Below, in pieces: positions 1 to 20,466 of a DNA stretch of 64,000 bases. A program made the position numbers and the translations under genes. Under the pieces are notes generated by a model that ran no database searches, was not told where the DNA came from, and saw only the letters and a list, made by a program, of their open reading frames with translations. Position 1 is the stretch's first letter; every line of letters starts with the position of its first letter. Source of the stretch: Amoebidium appalachense (taxonomy: Eukaryota > Protista > Ichthyosporea); contig CAVNZM010000004.1 in assembly GCA_963693365.1 (NCBI GenBank), positions 13,948,524 through 14,012,523 of the forward strand, read 5' to 3'.

Positions 1-178
1 GGGGGGGGGGGGCTGGTGTGTTGCCGCTTCGGAGGGTGTGATTGGTGTGTTGCTGTCTGGGAGACAAGCGATGGTGCATGGAAGTGTGCAGGGTTTTGTG
101 GCTGTCTGGATCCATTGCCGGCACATGCATTCATGCATGCAGTACTTTGCTGACCACCAATGCTGCATGGGCCTGCAG

Positions 179-6468
<6,290 letters not shown>

Positions 6469-7564
6469 CCGTAAGATAGTCCGTGTCACTGATGTGGGTA
6501 GGCTTTTAAGTATGCGCGTATGTTGTTGGCTCTTATTTAGCCACGAGTTTTGTAGGACATGAACCAGCATGAAGAACGCAACACGAATGGGTGGGATATT
6601 AACCACCGGATTTATTGTTAGTATTAAACTTGTGTCATGTAAGAGCATGCGAGACGTTTTTCACTTCCTTTCTGGCTACAACTTCAAATCTTCCGGCATA
6701 TGTACATGTGCAAATATTCGTGAGGTTCAACGGGGAGCCATGTTTGAGCTGTGCCTTGCGTTTGTGCCTCCGTTTCCTTCGGTGTGATGTGTGGGTGGAT
6801 GGGTGTGGTGGGGGGATGGTGGGGGAATTTTTCTTTTGGGTGGGGAATTATGGATGAATGAGCTGCAGAGTGCATGTACCGAAAAACTTGAGAAGATGCA
6901 TGAATGGCTGTGCTCGAAAATTCAGCATCTCTGGCTGTCATGTTGACTTGGTCTAAAAGCTATGTCTGTCTGTACACTATGTACATGTACATATTTTATA
7001 TATACTTCCTGATGCCGTTGGCTGATGGTGTTGCAGTGTCGTATATATGAGGTGGGCGAGATTTATGTAGCCCGTTTTGTGCCCTTACAATACTGCCCTA
7101 GAGAGGGTAAGCTCGAATACATACATAAATGCGTGTGAACAAATTCAGTACGTACAAGCCGGCGGCAGCTCGTGCCTCCATGGCATGGCCAAGGCATTTG
7201 CTGCCAGTCCCCCCTTACCTACGTGACTATGCTAGCACACACGCACGGCATTTGCCCCATCGGTTGCGTGTTGCTGCACTAGTACTGCAACACAAGTGCA
7301 GGCAGTACATGTGGCTGGCTCACAACACGGCCTCCGCAGTTTAGAGTCCGCAAGTACTCGGACACCTTGAAGCCCTCAACCATGGTGTGTCCCTCAAAAC
7401 CTCCTAATCTGGAGCTTTTTTGTCGTGTTCCACTCTTATTTTTCTTTTGATTGGATTTATTCAACGGAAAGATATGCAAGTATGTTCGGCATACTGAGAA
7501 GGCAATGAAAACTTCACGAGTTATCCAGTAACAAGTGCATACTAAGATACCTGAACACTGTGTG

Positions 7565-9730
7565 AAAGTCATTTTTTATAATGACTTTATTGATATGCTC
7601 AGCAAAATAGAAGCCATCGAGATATCACCGATATCTCGGAGAAGAAAATACAAAAGCCCTCACTCTCGGATACGGAGGAGATAACGACTTAAATAATCAT
7701 ACGCCCTAGAAAACTTGTTAAACATACCGCCGTCAACAGATAGTCAATAGACGTAATATCAGGATTATCTAAATAAGCCAGTCTTCTAAATTCTAACGGA
7801 ATAATCTGAGATAAATAAATACATCTATCTAAGTGTTTACGAGAAGAGGTTCTGCACAAAAGTGGCACAAACATTTATGGAAACAAAGGTTACAGCGCCA
7901 AAATAAACATTTCCAAGCTATATCACAAGGAGGGGTTAGAATTGCAAAATCGATAAGTGTGGGAGGTTTACGAGAGGAGGGATAAAATATATAAGTAGCT
8001 AATTTACACAACTTGTAAAGAAAATAGACGAGTCTCTAATATAAAAAGAAGCACAGGCCCAAGAGCCCTACCATGATACTCATTAGCACAACGATGAAGC
8101 AAAGGATATCGAGTATGAAACCAAGTAACATACTGCTGATAACTAGTAGAAGAGAAAAATAAAGGAGATACGTATTTAAAAGGATATCTCGGAATGGGAG
8201 AGAGATTGGGATAGGACATTTCGCACGAACATTAGAAATGCCGGGAACAGGTGCTAAAGAAGGAAAGAATTGCAACAAAGGATGATAAGAAGGAAGCCTA
8301 ACCAAATGAAAACAAAAGCGAAGTCCTAATTCATTCATACGCTGGCGCGTCGGAGGGAGACCAAAAACACTCAGCAAGGGAGCCGCCAAAGGATGCCTAC
8401 GCGAGGTTCGAGAAATAAACTGGATGAATTCACGCTGAAAGGAAACGAATTCCCGAAGAGCCGCGCGCTGTTGCCGTGGAGGGGCACACAAGAGTAACGG
8501 GAGGCCATATTCGAAACATGGACGAAGAAAAACTTTATAAATAGTGAGCAATTTGGCAGGATGAATATTAGAGATATTTGCGAATATTCCTTGATAGACA
8601 TGTAAGCGACCACGCGCACGAGAAATGCGCGAAGTCAAAAGGCGCTCAAACCAGATACCCTTAGAGGTGAAAGGAATACCTAAATAGTCATAGGAGGACA
8701 CGATTGGGATAGGTTGATTGTTCAGAGTGTACTGTGCATTGGAAGAAACGGTGCCGCATTTATCTATCCCAATTATCATGAAATTTCGGAAACACCAGTC
8801 ATCTACTCGAGAAAGCATGTTATTCATGATAGAAGGATCGTGAGTGACTAAGACAATATCATCAGCGAAAAAAAGGCCGGAGACACAAGAGTCGCCGGCA
8901 ACTGGAAATTGTTGAATTTCTACCGCTAAGTCTTCAATAAAGACATCAAAGAGAAGGGGACTCAAAAGTGAGCCCTGTAAAAGGCCTCGAGTACGATTGA
9001 ATCCGTTACTCAGTACCCCATTCACAACGGCAGCCCCATGGGTGCGGTCAAATAACGCCTGAAGTAGCCGACCAAAGGGAAGAGGTAGCCCTCGAGAGGC
9101 CAACTTGTGCCACAGCAAATTCGTTGGAACCGTGTCATAGGCATTCTTAAGGTCGATAAAGCATACCTCGCGACATCCAGAACGAATAGTGTCGTGTAAT
9201 AGAAGAGCATGAGTATAACACGAATAAGCACGCCGAAATCCGCCCTGAATGTTGCTCAACCGGAAGACACTCGATAAGGCCTCATGCTTGTGGAAGGCAC
9301 GCAATATGCAGGACTCGAATAGGCGACGAAATATGTTAGTTAAGGTGACTGGCCGGAAGGAAGAAATCGGACCAGTAGAGACCTTCTTGCGGACTGGATT
9401 AATGATGGTGTCATTCCACGACGAAGGAATGAATCCCAACTCATAGAAGGCAGAGAAAAACTCGCTCACCAAATACGCAAAGGGGGGTGGAGGCGGCGTA
9501 TATTCCCGCCTTTGGTAATAACGGGCGGATGGCACAATGCCTAAAGAAGCGCGGGTGGAAGGGCATCCGGAAAAACTTTCCGGAATAGCCAAGTCATCCG
9601 ATCCTTGACTACCCCGGTTGGAGTTAGCTTAGAGGGCCATTGCCATAGTTCTGCACCCAGGCGAGTCGGACTCCCATCAGGGCATCCGATCCCCAATGCG
9701 CTACATCCTGGGATTCGAACCAGCGTCGGA
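7565..9730 (-). mobile_element. Non-LTR retrotransposon (LINE) copy 1; RT intact, C-terminus frameshifted; 5' boundary uncertain
   Basis: ORF 8036-9592 carries non-LTR RT motifs: FRPVTLTNIFRRLFE, QGGFRR, FIDLKNAYDTV, RGLLQGSLLSPLLFDVFIEDL, FFADDI, IDKC, YDYLG. The C-terminus continues through frameshifts (8004-8219, 7829-8011, 7689-7874) with a Cys/His cluster (CHFC...RKHLDRC). The 3' UTR has AATAAA (7586-7591, minus strand) and a short A-run. The segment has no introns and no microsatellites. Confidence 0.92.
8036..9592 (-). pseudogene. Reverse transcriptase ORF of LINE copy 1 (no N-terminal endonuclease visible)
   Basis: RT motifs as above. The ORF starts at a non-ATG codon, RT-like sequence begins only at ~9483, and the C-terminal domain is split by frameshifts. 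Confidence 0.85.
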
Positions 9731-10553
9731 GGCGAAAATCACTCCTTTAGGAATTTGAAAACTTTGATTTTCTGAACCGCATATACTCCCGGTAACATGT
9801 GTGAATTGAAAATAAAGCCTCTTCAGAGTATAATGCCGTTAATACTTTAAAATTCTGGCTTTCCTTATATTCCGTGGATTTCTGCAACGGAAATGTTTCT
9901 TGATTCAGATTCTCAGAAAACAGTCACCGTCACCTCACCGCTATTTGACGGCCCCGAAAATTGGAAAACACAATAGTGGGGTATAGCGGGATCCCGGTGG
10001 TGCAGCTTTCACCAATCGGCTGCTGCTCCAATATTCCCCATGCGGTTGGTTATGGAAAAGCACATGCTGGCTATAGGAGAACAGGTTTTTAGCATATATG
10101 AAAAAAAATCTAATTAGCATCATTTGGATTGTTTATCTCAACAGTGCTCGAATGTTTAGGTAGGGGGAAAAGCGCTGCGTTCGTGTGTTAATGTTCATAA
10201 GTCTATTTTGCTTCGCTCCTTCCGCACTTTTGTAATCAATGTGATTGGCCCGCAACGCACCGCGGCTGGTGCAAGCCGGCCGCGGCCGTGAAGCCAGATC
10301 AGTCTCCGGAGGGGGCAACTTTTGCGGGATGCTTTTTTCTCGTTTGTATGCGGGGTTAAGGCACGGTCACAAATATTATCACCCGCAATATCTACTGCAT
10401 TTAGTGTAAAAGGATACATAGAATTAGAGAAAACTGTGTGAGTGTGATAGGCAGTAGAGAGTTTGCCTGCATGCACAGCATTTAGATCTTCCGGATCCGT
10501 GCTGTTGTGATCATCCGTTTGTATTGGTGTAAGCTCAAGTTAGATTTAAGAAG

Positions 10554-11461
10554 ATGGCTGATGCCGATGAAAGAACCCGCAAACTGCTCGAGAAGCAGGC
10601 AGCTCTAGAGGAGGAGTTGCGAAAACAGGAGGAGGAGAGAAAAGTAGCCCGTGAAAAGCGTGCCAGAGAGAGAGAAGAGAGACGGAAGAAGGAGGAGGAG
10701 GAGCTGGCCCAGCTGGAGAAGGTAAGAGGTACCTCACAAAGTTTAACCACGGGTGTAAAATAACGAATGTCTGGTGCCAGATTAGTGTAGTAATTCGGTT
10801 TTTTGCAACTTGTTTTCTACACCCTCCTTCTTCTATCCAGGCTGGGTGATCGTCAGAACATGTTCCCACACGTAGAGTTCCTTCTGCCACACGTCTCCGT
10901 GGACCTAGCCGAAGCTTTACTGCTATCGAGCATCGTGATCTTATAGCTAGGAATAATGAAGGGAACGATTTAGGAGCACATCCTAATCTAGATTCTTACT
11001 TTGGAATGTGCCCAACAGGAAAGAGCAGAACGCAGAGCACGCCTTACTGCAGGCGAACCCACGAAGGTATGTACATTTAAGGCTATGGAGAAGCCAGGCT
11101 CTGGACCCAGGATTAAGATTAACAAGCTTAGCTCTTGCTATGCGCACGTGCACACATAAGAAAAAAAAAGCCAAAACCTTGCAATAATGTACCAAAAAAA
11201 AAAGGCCAAAACCCTGTACTATGTGCTGGCTATTATATTTTCGTGACCCATCTGTTATGGCGTTACCAAAGCATTTTTGCTCACATGTTCCGTTTCAAGG
11301 CCTTTTGTGTACATCAAGCACACCTCGAAAGTTTAACACGTACCCCTACCAAACTGCACACATGTTTTCCATAAGCTAGCTGTACTTATGCTTGAACAAG
11401 GTGCATGCTTGTAATATACCTTTATGTACACACTACCGATATGCACAGCAATACCCTTAAG

Positions 11462-11497
<36 letters not shown>

Positions 11498-11520
11498 CAA
11501 CACACACAGGTGACACACAC

Positions 11521-11588
<68 letters not shown>

Positions 11589-14500
11589 CACACACCCCTA
11601 TGCACACATGCATGCAAACGCACATGCATACACACGCCAAATCCACAACCCACAAGGTACACACACGAAAACACCACACGCCTGCACACGCATGCACACA
11701 CACAGGCAGACAGGCACACGCGCATTCATGCAACACGCGCACACACGCATATACACTTGCGCACACATGGTATTACAACACACGTACGAGCGTGCACACG
11801 CACGCACAACACAAGCACACACGCATGCACGTGGGCCATGCACGCACACAATACACACACGGGCACGTGTGAGCGAGCGCGCATACACACACACCCACAC
11901 ACTCACACTCACACACTCACTCGCTCACTCACTCACACTCACTCACTCAATCACTCAATCACCCAATTACACACTATCGCGCGCACACACACACACACAC
12001 ACACCGATTCTGAAGCACATGCCTTTCAACATACATCTGCACGAGGCCCTAAATATGCCCACCTGCATGACATATGATATAATACTGCCACCATGCTGTG
12101 CAAACATGCAGGGATTACTCTTGTGCCTGTGCCACACAAACACCAAATATGCACAGTACGTGCCTGCTTCCTATGTACATAAGATAATCCAGTGCACCAA
12201 AAAACGGGCACACACCCACACAGCCCTACGCATAGACGCTCACACACTGAAGTGCACACGCACCATGCATGCTTCACCCATAGGCAAGTGAAAGACCACA
12301 AGGCCTGTTTGCATCCACATACTCCAATATTGCGACAGCACATTTACATTGCCAAGTTCTGTGCTAACAGAATGAAGTGGGTGAGCTAGTCATCTTTATA
12401 CCCACGCAACCCCACTGCATGCACATGTACCGGCCTAACCGTGTGTCTTGTTTCTCAGAGCACAGACACAGCGCCGACTACTTGCCCACCCGAGGAGCCA
12501 AAGGAGCAACCAACCCCACAGGAACAGCCCAAACCGCATAGCCCACCCACACCAGAACCCGAGGTCCCTCAATCGCCAAAACCATGCACACACACAGAAT
12601 CTGGCACTAGCATAGAGGTCCCCAAATCCCCAACCGTAGCTAGCCCCCCAGCCTCCCCAAAATCTTTCACCGAAGCACCTCCATCACCATCACCAGCCAA
12701 AATTGCATCGTTTGAAGAACGGTGGAAGTCTGGAGAAGATGCAGAGGAAGAGGAATTGCTTGCAGCAGCAGCCGCTGAGCTCGCAGCCAAAGGGGAGGAC
12801 CTATCAGAACTGCTCAAACTGGTGGAGGATGAAGACACACAGGGGGACGCAACACAGAGGGCGGCACCTCGCCACCCACTAGAGCGCACGTTTTCAGCAC
12901 CTTCAGCTGTGAGCTCGGATGATGTGGAGTGTGCAAGTTCAAACCCGGCTCCAGCTGCGACGGTGTGTTTTCCGTCCTCACTCTCTGACATGCTCACATA
13001 ATCCCATTATTTCCGGTGATTGTTACCTTGATGTGTTTTCCTGTGCTTGTGCATTATGCTGCTAGGCCTTTTCCTGGCTGTGTGTGTGTATGTGCGGTTA
13101 GCGGGTGTGATAATATTGGCCTGAGTGCTTCATTTGATTGGGTGGTTAGATTTGGTTGGCCACACTTGAGGGTAGAAGATGTATTTATGTGATGGGGCGA
13201 GTGGGTGGGGGAGGTGCGGGGAGAGGGGGAAGGGGGGCAGGGGGGGGGGGAGGGGGTGGGGGGGGTCCGACCACACTGGTGGCAGAGAAGCGGGTGGGGA
13301 GGGGAAGGGAGGGAGGAAGGAGGGGGGCCTTGTTGCTTTCCATTCTTCTTTACTTCTTTTCGTTTCTTTCCTTTTTTTTTTCGTTTTTTTCCAGGCTACC
13401 CTCCATGATGCGGAAGGGGGATCTGGTGGAGAAGGGGGGAGGGGAGGGAAAAGTGGGGGGGGGGGGGGGGGGGGGGGGGGGATAAAGCGTCAAAGAGCAG
13501 CACCGAGAGGAGGGGTGTGGGACCAGGGCGGGTCAAGATTCAAGTTGTTTATCTGCTAATAGTTATGTGGCGGTAAGAGCAAGAATCGTGTTTTGACGAC
13601 CTGGGAATGTGAGCCCGATGTCCAAGGTTTGCCTCGATTTGAAATGCCGAACCAATCAAATCGAGGCAAATTTTGGACTCCCGGCTCACATTCCCATGAC
13701 GTCAAAACACGATTCTTGCTCTGACCACCCCCTCCCCCCCCATTTTTTTTTTCTTCTTTTTGTTTGCCTGCCTGGGGCAAGTGGTGAGATGGAGGGGTCA
13801 AGGGGGAAAAGGGAGGGGACGTCGACGGGGGGGGGGGGGGGGGGGGGAGGGGGTTTGCATTGGGCTGATGTGATGGATGATGGGGGCACAGAAGAAACGG
13901 GGCCGACCAGCAGGGCCCAAGCGCAACAAAGAGGCCAGCGGCAACGTGGTCAAGATGCTGGGGGACAGGGAGAGGGCAGGCGAGGTGGCTGCCGAGTTTG
14001 TGGATGCCCCAAAGCAAGAAAACAGCAATGCATCGGACAATGAATCCGCACAATCATCCCCTCAGGAGGTCTCCCCCAGGCCGGTGAGTGGTCTGATGCT
14101 GGTAGTTGTCATTCACCAAGCGAATAGCTCTTACCTTTTGCCTGATAATGTCTGTACCCGGAACATATAATCAGTACCATGCATACACTAGTACTGACTC
14201 AGTGTTTTGGTGCAGGGGAGGAAGATTCAGGGCATAAATGTACTGCCCCTTGGTCGCCCTGTAAGTATGTGTGCAAGCACAGAGCAAATAGAGGTACCCC
14301 CCCCCCCCCCCCCCCCCCCCCCCGCCCCTCCTATTACCCCCATCCCTGCTCTTGGGCATCACCCCCACCTCGCCCGCTCCCTGCCGCCCCTTGCCCCTCT
14401 TCCATTGCTCGCCCAGTTCCTGCCACCTATAGCCTTTGCCCCCCCCCCCCCCCCCCCCCCCCCCGTCCCCCCCCCCCCCGGCCCCCGGGGTGTCTGTTAA

Positions 14501-15526
14501 GGCAGATAAGCTAATATGGTTCCCTCCGTCATTTCACAGTTAGCACACACTTGAGTACAAGTTGGTCTATCTCAAGCGAGAGCCTACTGGTAGCACTATT
14601 ACAACACCCTCTTTTCCCCCTCTCCTTCTCCCTCCCCTCCCCCCCCCCACCCCACACACACACACACACACCTGGTTCGTGTGCACGCAACGCCCACATC
14701 ACGTCCCACATTACTAGCAACCCATCCTCCCAAGCCCTCCTTCCCTGCCCATACATCCCTGCACTTACTTACACTCACAGGCCGCTTGCATTGCTACATG
14801 CCTACCATACCAATATGTCCATATGCACACTATCAGCACCACCCACATGCACCCCTTCTTATACTAAACCACTAGTTGGCCAGATGTTGGCCCCATTAGT
14901 GGTGTGCACAGGCCACTTGCAGCCACGCACACATGCCCAGCAAAAAACACAAAAGCACAAAGGAATTAGTGTCTGCATCTTGGACCCATCGGCCATCATG
15001 CACCCATCCTAACCACACCTGTGCACAGAAACAAGTGATGGGCGCAAACAAAAGGGTGGTCAAGTCAGGGGGTGCCGCCGGGCTGCTTGCCCAAGTTGTT
15101 GCCGGGGCCGAGCCAGTCAAGCTCAAGAAAACAACGGTAGGTGCACGTTGGTGGGGTGTGGTGCTGCAGTGGTGGGGGTAATGACGTGCATTGTTGCTGC
15201 AGAGTGTGGGGGCCAAGAAGAGGCCTGTGCTGATGAAGATGAAGGGCAAGCTGGCCATCGCAACCATTGCGGTACGTGTCCAGATCTCCTTCTGGATGAA
15301 CCCCCGGCCCCCTTACTGACCTCATTCTATCCACCCATACCCCACCCCCCCCCCCCCCCCCCACCGCCCCCCTCCCTCCCCCCTCCCCCCCTCCCCCCCC
15401 TCCCCCCCTCCCCCGGCACACACACACATACACCCGCACCTTGCACCGCTCTTTATGTTCTCTTAAATAGGAGCTAGAAGTACGACAGGATTTTATAATG
15501 GGGAGAAGTGGTAGGGGAGTGTGTGT

Positions 15527-15572
<46 letters not shown>

Positions 15573-17834
15573 TATCTTTGGTGAGAGAGAGAGTCCACGG
15601 CCGAGGGTAGAGGCAGTACAAGAATGATGAGGAGGAAAGGGCTGTTCGTCGTATGAGTATACATCCAGTTCGTGTGGTCTCTGCAAGCACAAATAGTTGT
15701 GTACACACATATGGAAAGAAAATCTTGGCCTGCACATTTTCACCTCTCACTTGCCACCACACAAACCCTCCCAGCCCGTGCCCAACAATGCTCACACTGA
15801 CCCCCCAGGTTGACGTGTCTGTCCGTAGCCTCAACCACCACGACGTGTTTGTGTACGACAACACACGTAACGTCTATGTGTTCTATGGGCGCAACTCGTC
15901 ACGCATAGCACGGTCCAAGGCTGTGGAGGTATCCACTAGGCTCAAGGATAAGGAGTACCAGGGCAGGGCTAACGTCGTCATTATGGAAGGTGGGTGAAGG
16001 GGGGAGGGGGAGGAGGGGGGGAGGGGGGGGGGGAGAGGGGGGTTGAGCTGTGGGGTGTGGATGTGTGAGTGGGTGGGTCGGTGGATTTAATGGGCATGTG
16101 TGTGTGCAGTAAGGGTGTTGGGGGTGCCTGGGTGCTACGGATTCATATTGACCGGATTTTGGTTTGGGGCCGGGGAAGGGGGAGGTGGGGGGGGGAGGGG
16201 GGGGGGGGGATTGTTTATAAGGCAAACGGGGGTTTTGGGGGGGGGGGGGGGAGGGAGGGGGGGGGGGGGGGGGAGGGGGAGGGGGGAGGGGTGGGCAGCT
16301 CTGAAGGGGAGGCTTGTATGTGAGGGAGGGAGGGGTGCTATTGGGCAAGAATTTAATTTAGGGTGTGTGTGGCAAGGGAGGGGGGGGGGGAGGGGGGGCT
16401 TATTCCGGTTGTGTGTGTGATGGTGTGTTTCTTCCCAGGCAGGGTTTGGGCTAAGCATGTTACGGTAATTGTTTGGCGTGGTGTGGTCACGTAGTCAGTC
16501 AGAGGGGGAACTGTGGTGTGGAACTACACGTCTGTCTGGCACTCACCCCGGCCTTTCCAGACTGTGAGGACATGCAGGTGGGGCGTGATGAGGAGGACTT
16601 CTGGAGGGAGCTGGGGGGCAGACCTGAGGACATACCATCCAGCAACAGGGAGGACGACCTGGCCTTTGACGACCTGGTTGCTGAGGCCACCGCCCTCTAT
16701 GCGTATGGGCCCCTAACGTTAGCCCGAACACACTGTGCATTGCTGCTTTTCTGATCGGTTTCTTCTGCACCCACCCACCCACCCACTCCACCCCACGCCA
16801 CCCCACCCCATCCGCCCACGCCACCCACGCCACCCTACCGAAGCACATCCACTACTCCACCACAATCTCTTCAGTTTCGCCCCCTACCCCCTGTCCGACA
16901 AGTGCACGATCTTCTGCTTTCCAAACCTGACTGTGCACTATCGCCGCATACCCGCACCCAAGTCCGTGCACTGTAACAACCATAGCCAACAACCCAGGGC
17001 ACCCAATGAATGCACGTGCACTGACCAAGCAGCCATGCACGTGCAGGCAGGAGGATGGGCAGTGGGTTAAGGTTGATGGGGGGCGCAAGATGCGGCGCAG
17101 CAACCTGGACAGCAGGCACAGCTACGTGGTCGACTGTCTGGACGAGCTGTATGTGTGGAACGGCAACAGGGCCACGGACGAGGAGAGGGACAGCGCAATG
17201 GCCTTTGCAAAGGTAAAGTTTACACCACATGCTCGTGTTACCATGCATGTTGTTATAGGCCCACATCCATTACCCCGTCCTATCCGTGCCACACATATCC
17301 ACACATATCACCAACATTTTATTTTGCAAACAGGGACTACGGGACAAGCCAGTAGGCAACCCACCTCGTGCGCGTGCCGAGTGGTGCGATGTAGAGACGT
17401 GCATCGACAATGGAGAGCGTGTGATCTTCAAGGAGAAGTTCTTTGACTGGGCCGATGGCATGGACATCACCGTCAGGGCACAGGGCAACATCAGACGCAA
17501 GGACAAGACCCCCTTTCAAACGGGCGCAGGTGTGTGTCGGAGGGGGGGGAGAGGGGGGCAGGGGGGGGGGGGGGGGGGGGGGGGGGGGTAAGAAAGGGAG
17601 GGTGCCGGGGCTTGGGAGTAGGTACCAAGGAAGAAGGAAAAGTAGGTGGAAAATTACCATGGTTCACACATGCGGGCAGGAGGAAGAGACGGGCGCAATG
17701 AATCCCAGCTGCAGAGGGGGCCAGAGGGGGGGAGGGGGGGGGGGAGGGGGGGGGGGGGGGGCACTACCCAAATGTGGAGGGGAAAAGGTTCTATGGCCCC
17801 GGGTAGGGTTTTTTTCTTTTTTTTTTTTTTCCGT

Positions 17835-17884
<50 letters not shown>

Positions 17885-18900
17885 AGGCTTTTCCTACTGA
17901 TCCCCTTTTGTTGCTGCAGATGTTGTGGGCAGGGACAAGATCGACGTCAAGCTCATGTACGGGGAGAGGCTGGAGCCCCCAGCCCACGTGGATAATGCCA
18001 CCGGTGACCTCCGCGTATGTGCCCTCCCCCTCCCTCCCTCCCCTCCCCCCCCCCCCCCCCCCCCCTCCCCCTTCCCCTGCCGCTACTTTGGGGACTGCCA
18101 TAGTGAGAACCACATCTGTCAATCACTTGGTGGCCAAGATGAAACACTTGGGAAAAGAAGGGGACGGAAGTGGGGTGTCTGGGTGGAGGTGTTTGTGGAC
18201 AAGGGGAGAAAGGTGACCAGAGAGGGAGGGGGGGGAGAGGCGGATTTGGGGGAGTGCAGCCACAGCACCACATGATACGGGTGAAATGTTTGAAGGGCCG
18301 GAGGTGAAGTGAGTACACACTTAGAGGGGTACTATGCGAGAGGGAGGGTCTGATGCTGGGGGCATGCAGGCGTGGCACTGCACGGAGAAGCAGCACACGG
18401 AGCTGGCCCCGAGTGAGTACGGGCAGCTGTTTGCCAGCGAGAGCTACGTGGTGCTGTACAAGCGCGCAGACAAGAAGGACATGTACATCATGTACTTCTG
18501 GCAGGGCTCAAACTGCCGCCCTGTACGTCCCTGTCCCCTAAGTACCATGCATTATCTCTTCCCTCACGGCACACCCATTTCAAAAACAGATATAAGCTTT
18601 GGCCTCAATGTTTTGCTGTTTTGTTGCTTTCATTGTGTCTTCTCTCCCCTTCCTCCCTGCAGTTCGCAAAACGTCGCACACATACACGTGCAACAGGACT
18701 CTCTCTCTCCTTTTTGCTGTCCTCCCTATCTGTCGCGCCCTTTCCCTCTCGTTTTTAGTCTCATGCACTTACAGGCGCGTGCACAAACATACACTACACG
18801 CACACGCGCGCAGACACACACACACACTCACGCACTCACGCACTCACGCACACACAAACACACACACGACACACACCTGACTCTCCACACACACGCCACA

Positions 18901-18965
<65 letters not shown>

Positions 18966-20427
18966 AGACACACACACACACATTCCACCCCCCCACCCCC
19001 TCCCCTCCCACTGACCCGTGCACTTGCAGAACGACAAGGGGGCAGCAGCACTGTTTGCAGCAGACATGGACAAGGACTATGGTGCCCCCCTGGTGAGTGG
19101 CCAGCAAACAATATCCTTTGTATTCCCTCATTGACATGCAGTTCAGAATTCCGTGAGAAGAAATGGATTTCCCTCCAGGGGACTACAGTAAGAAGACGAC
19201 GTGCTTCTGAGTGATACATGCAGGTAGCGGGGAGGCAGTGTGGTCAGGGAGAAAGAAGTGAACATGTAGCAAAAGGGAAGTGGGAGGGATGGCCTTTGTG
19301 TGTGTCGCGCCCCCGGGGGGAGGGGAGGGGGCTTGGGGGGATAAGAGGGGGAGGGGGACACTGCTAAAAGGCTGTGTGGCTGCAGGTGCGAGTGATTGAG
19401 GGCAAGGAGCCACCCCATTTCCTGTCCATCTTCCAAAAGCACAACGGCTGTGTGGTCCACCAGGTAGCTGCACTCCCCCCCCCCCCCCCCCCACCCCCCC
19501 CCCTCCCCCCCAAAAAAAAACAAAAAAAAAACCCAACCCCCCAACCACCCTCCCCTCCCCCCCCCTACCCCCCCCCCAAACATGCACGCACGTACGCACA
19601 CGCTCACAGTCATGCCCGTGCATACGTCCGCGGGCGCGCACACACACGCGCGCGTGCGCGCACACACACACACACAAACACACAAACACAAACACACACA
19701 AACACACACACACAAGCACAAGCACACACACACACCGCCCTACACACACCACCACCAGCACCATCACCACCACCAGCAGCAGCCCTTTACAGCAAAGCAG
19801 CTTCTGCTGGCTGCAGCAATACAGTGTTTCTTTAGTGCGCCCCCTAATGCACAAACAAAGTTTCTATATGCTTTGGCCCCCATATGAGCTGAGTGTTTGC
19901 AACACACCGGCAACTAAGGGCACACAGATGCACCCAGGACTGACACATGCTTCTCTCAGGGGTCACGTGAAGACTACAACCCCAAGAAGTCGGCCCTGTT
20001 CAAGGTCTTTGGCAGCCCCGATGCCACCGTGGTGTTCGACCAGTTCACAAGGGTACGTGCCACACCCATGCATACCCCACTGCCACTGAAGAGCATGACC
20101 ACAAGAACATGTGGGTTGTAACGGGTTGTAAGTACGCAGAGCAGGGGGATGGGAGCTGCCTTACTACTTTCTGTTGCTAGGTACACATGGGATGCTAAAT
20201 TGTTGTGTGGCTGCAGGGAGCCGGGGAGCTCAGCTCCAACTGTGTGTATGTGGTCAGCGAGGGGCCCAGCCACTACATCTGGGTGGGCCAGGGCTCATCC
20301 CCCCACCACCTGCAGGCTGCAGCCCAGGTCTGCAGCAAGCTGCTTAGGGTACGTGCATGCATGTCACACCATGCATGGCCGTGGCACATGGAGGGCACGT
20401 GTAGGTCGGTTGCAGTTCTAGCAGCAG

Positions 20428-20466
<39 letters not shown>

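Noticed and set aside
7689-7790. PD..D restriction-like endonuclease in the LINE C-terminus (NPDITSID)
   Set aside because: The motif is not conserved in the related copy 2 (NYNILDF), and the rest of the RLE motif is absent.
9690-9780. tRNA gene suggested by GGTTCGAATCCC
   Set aside because: No cloverleaf, A-box or acceptor stem could be built. It is kept only as a B-box-like motif.
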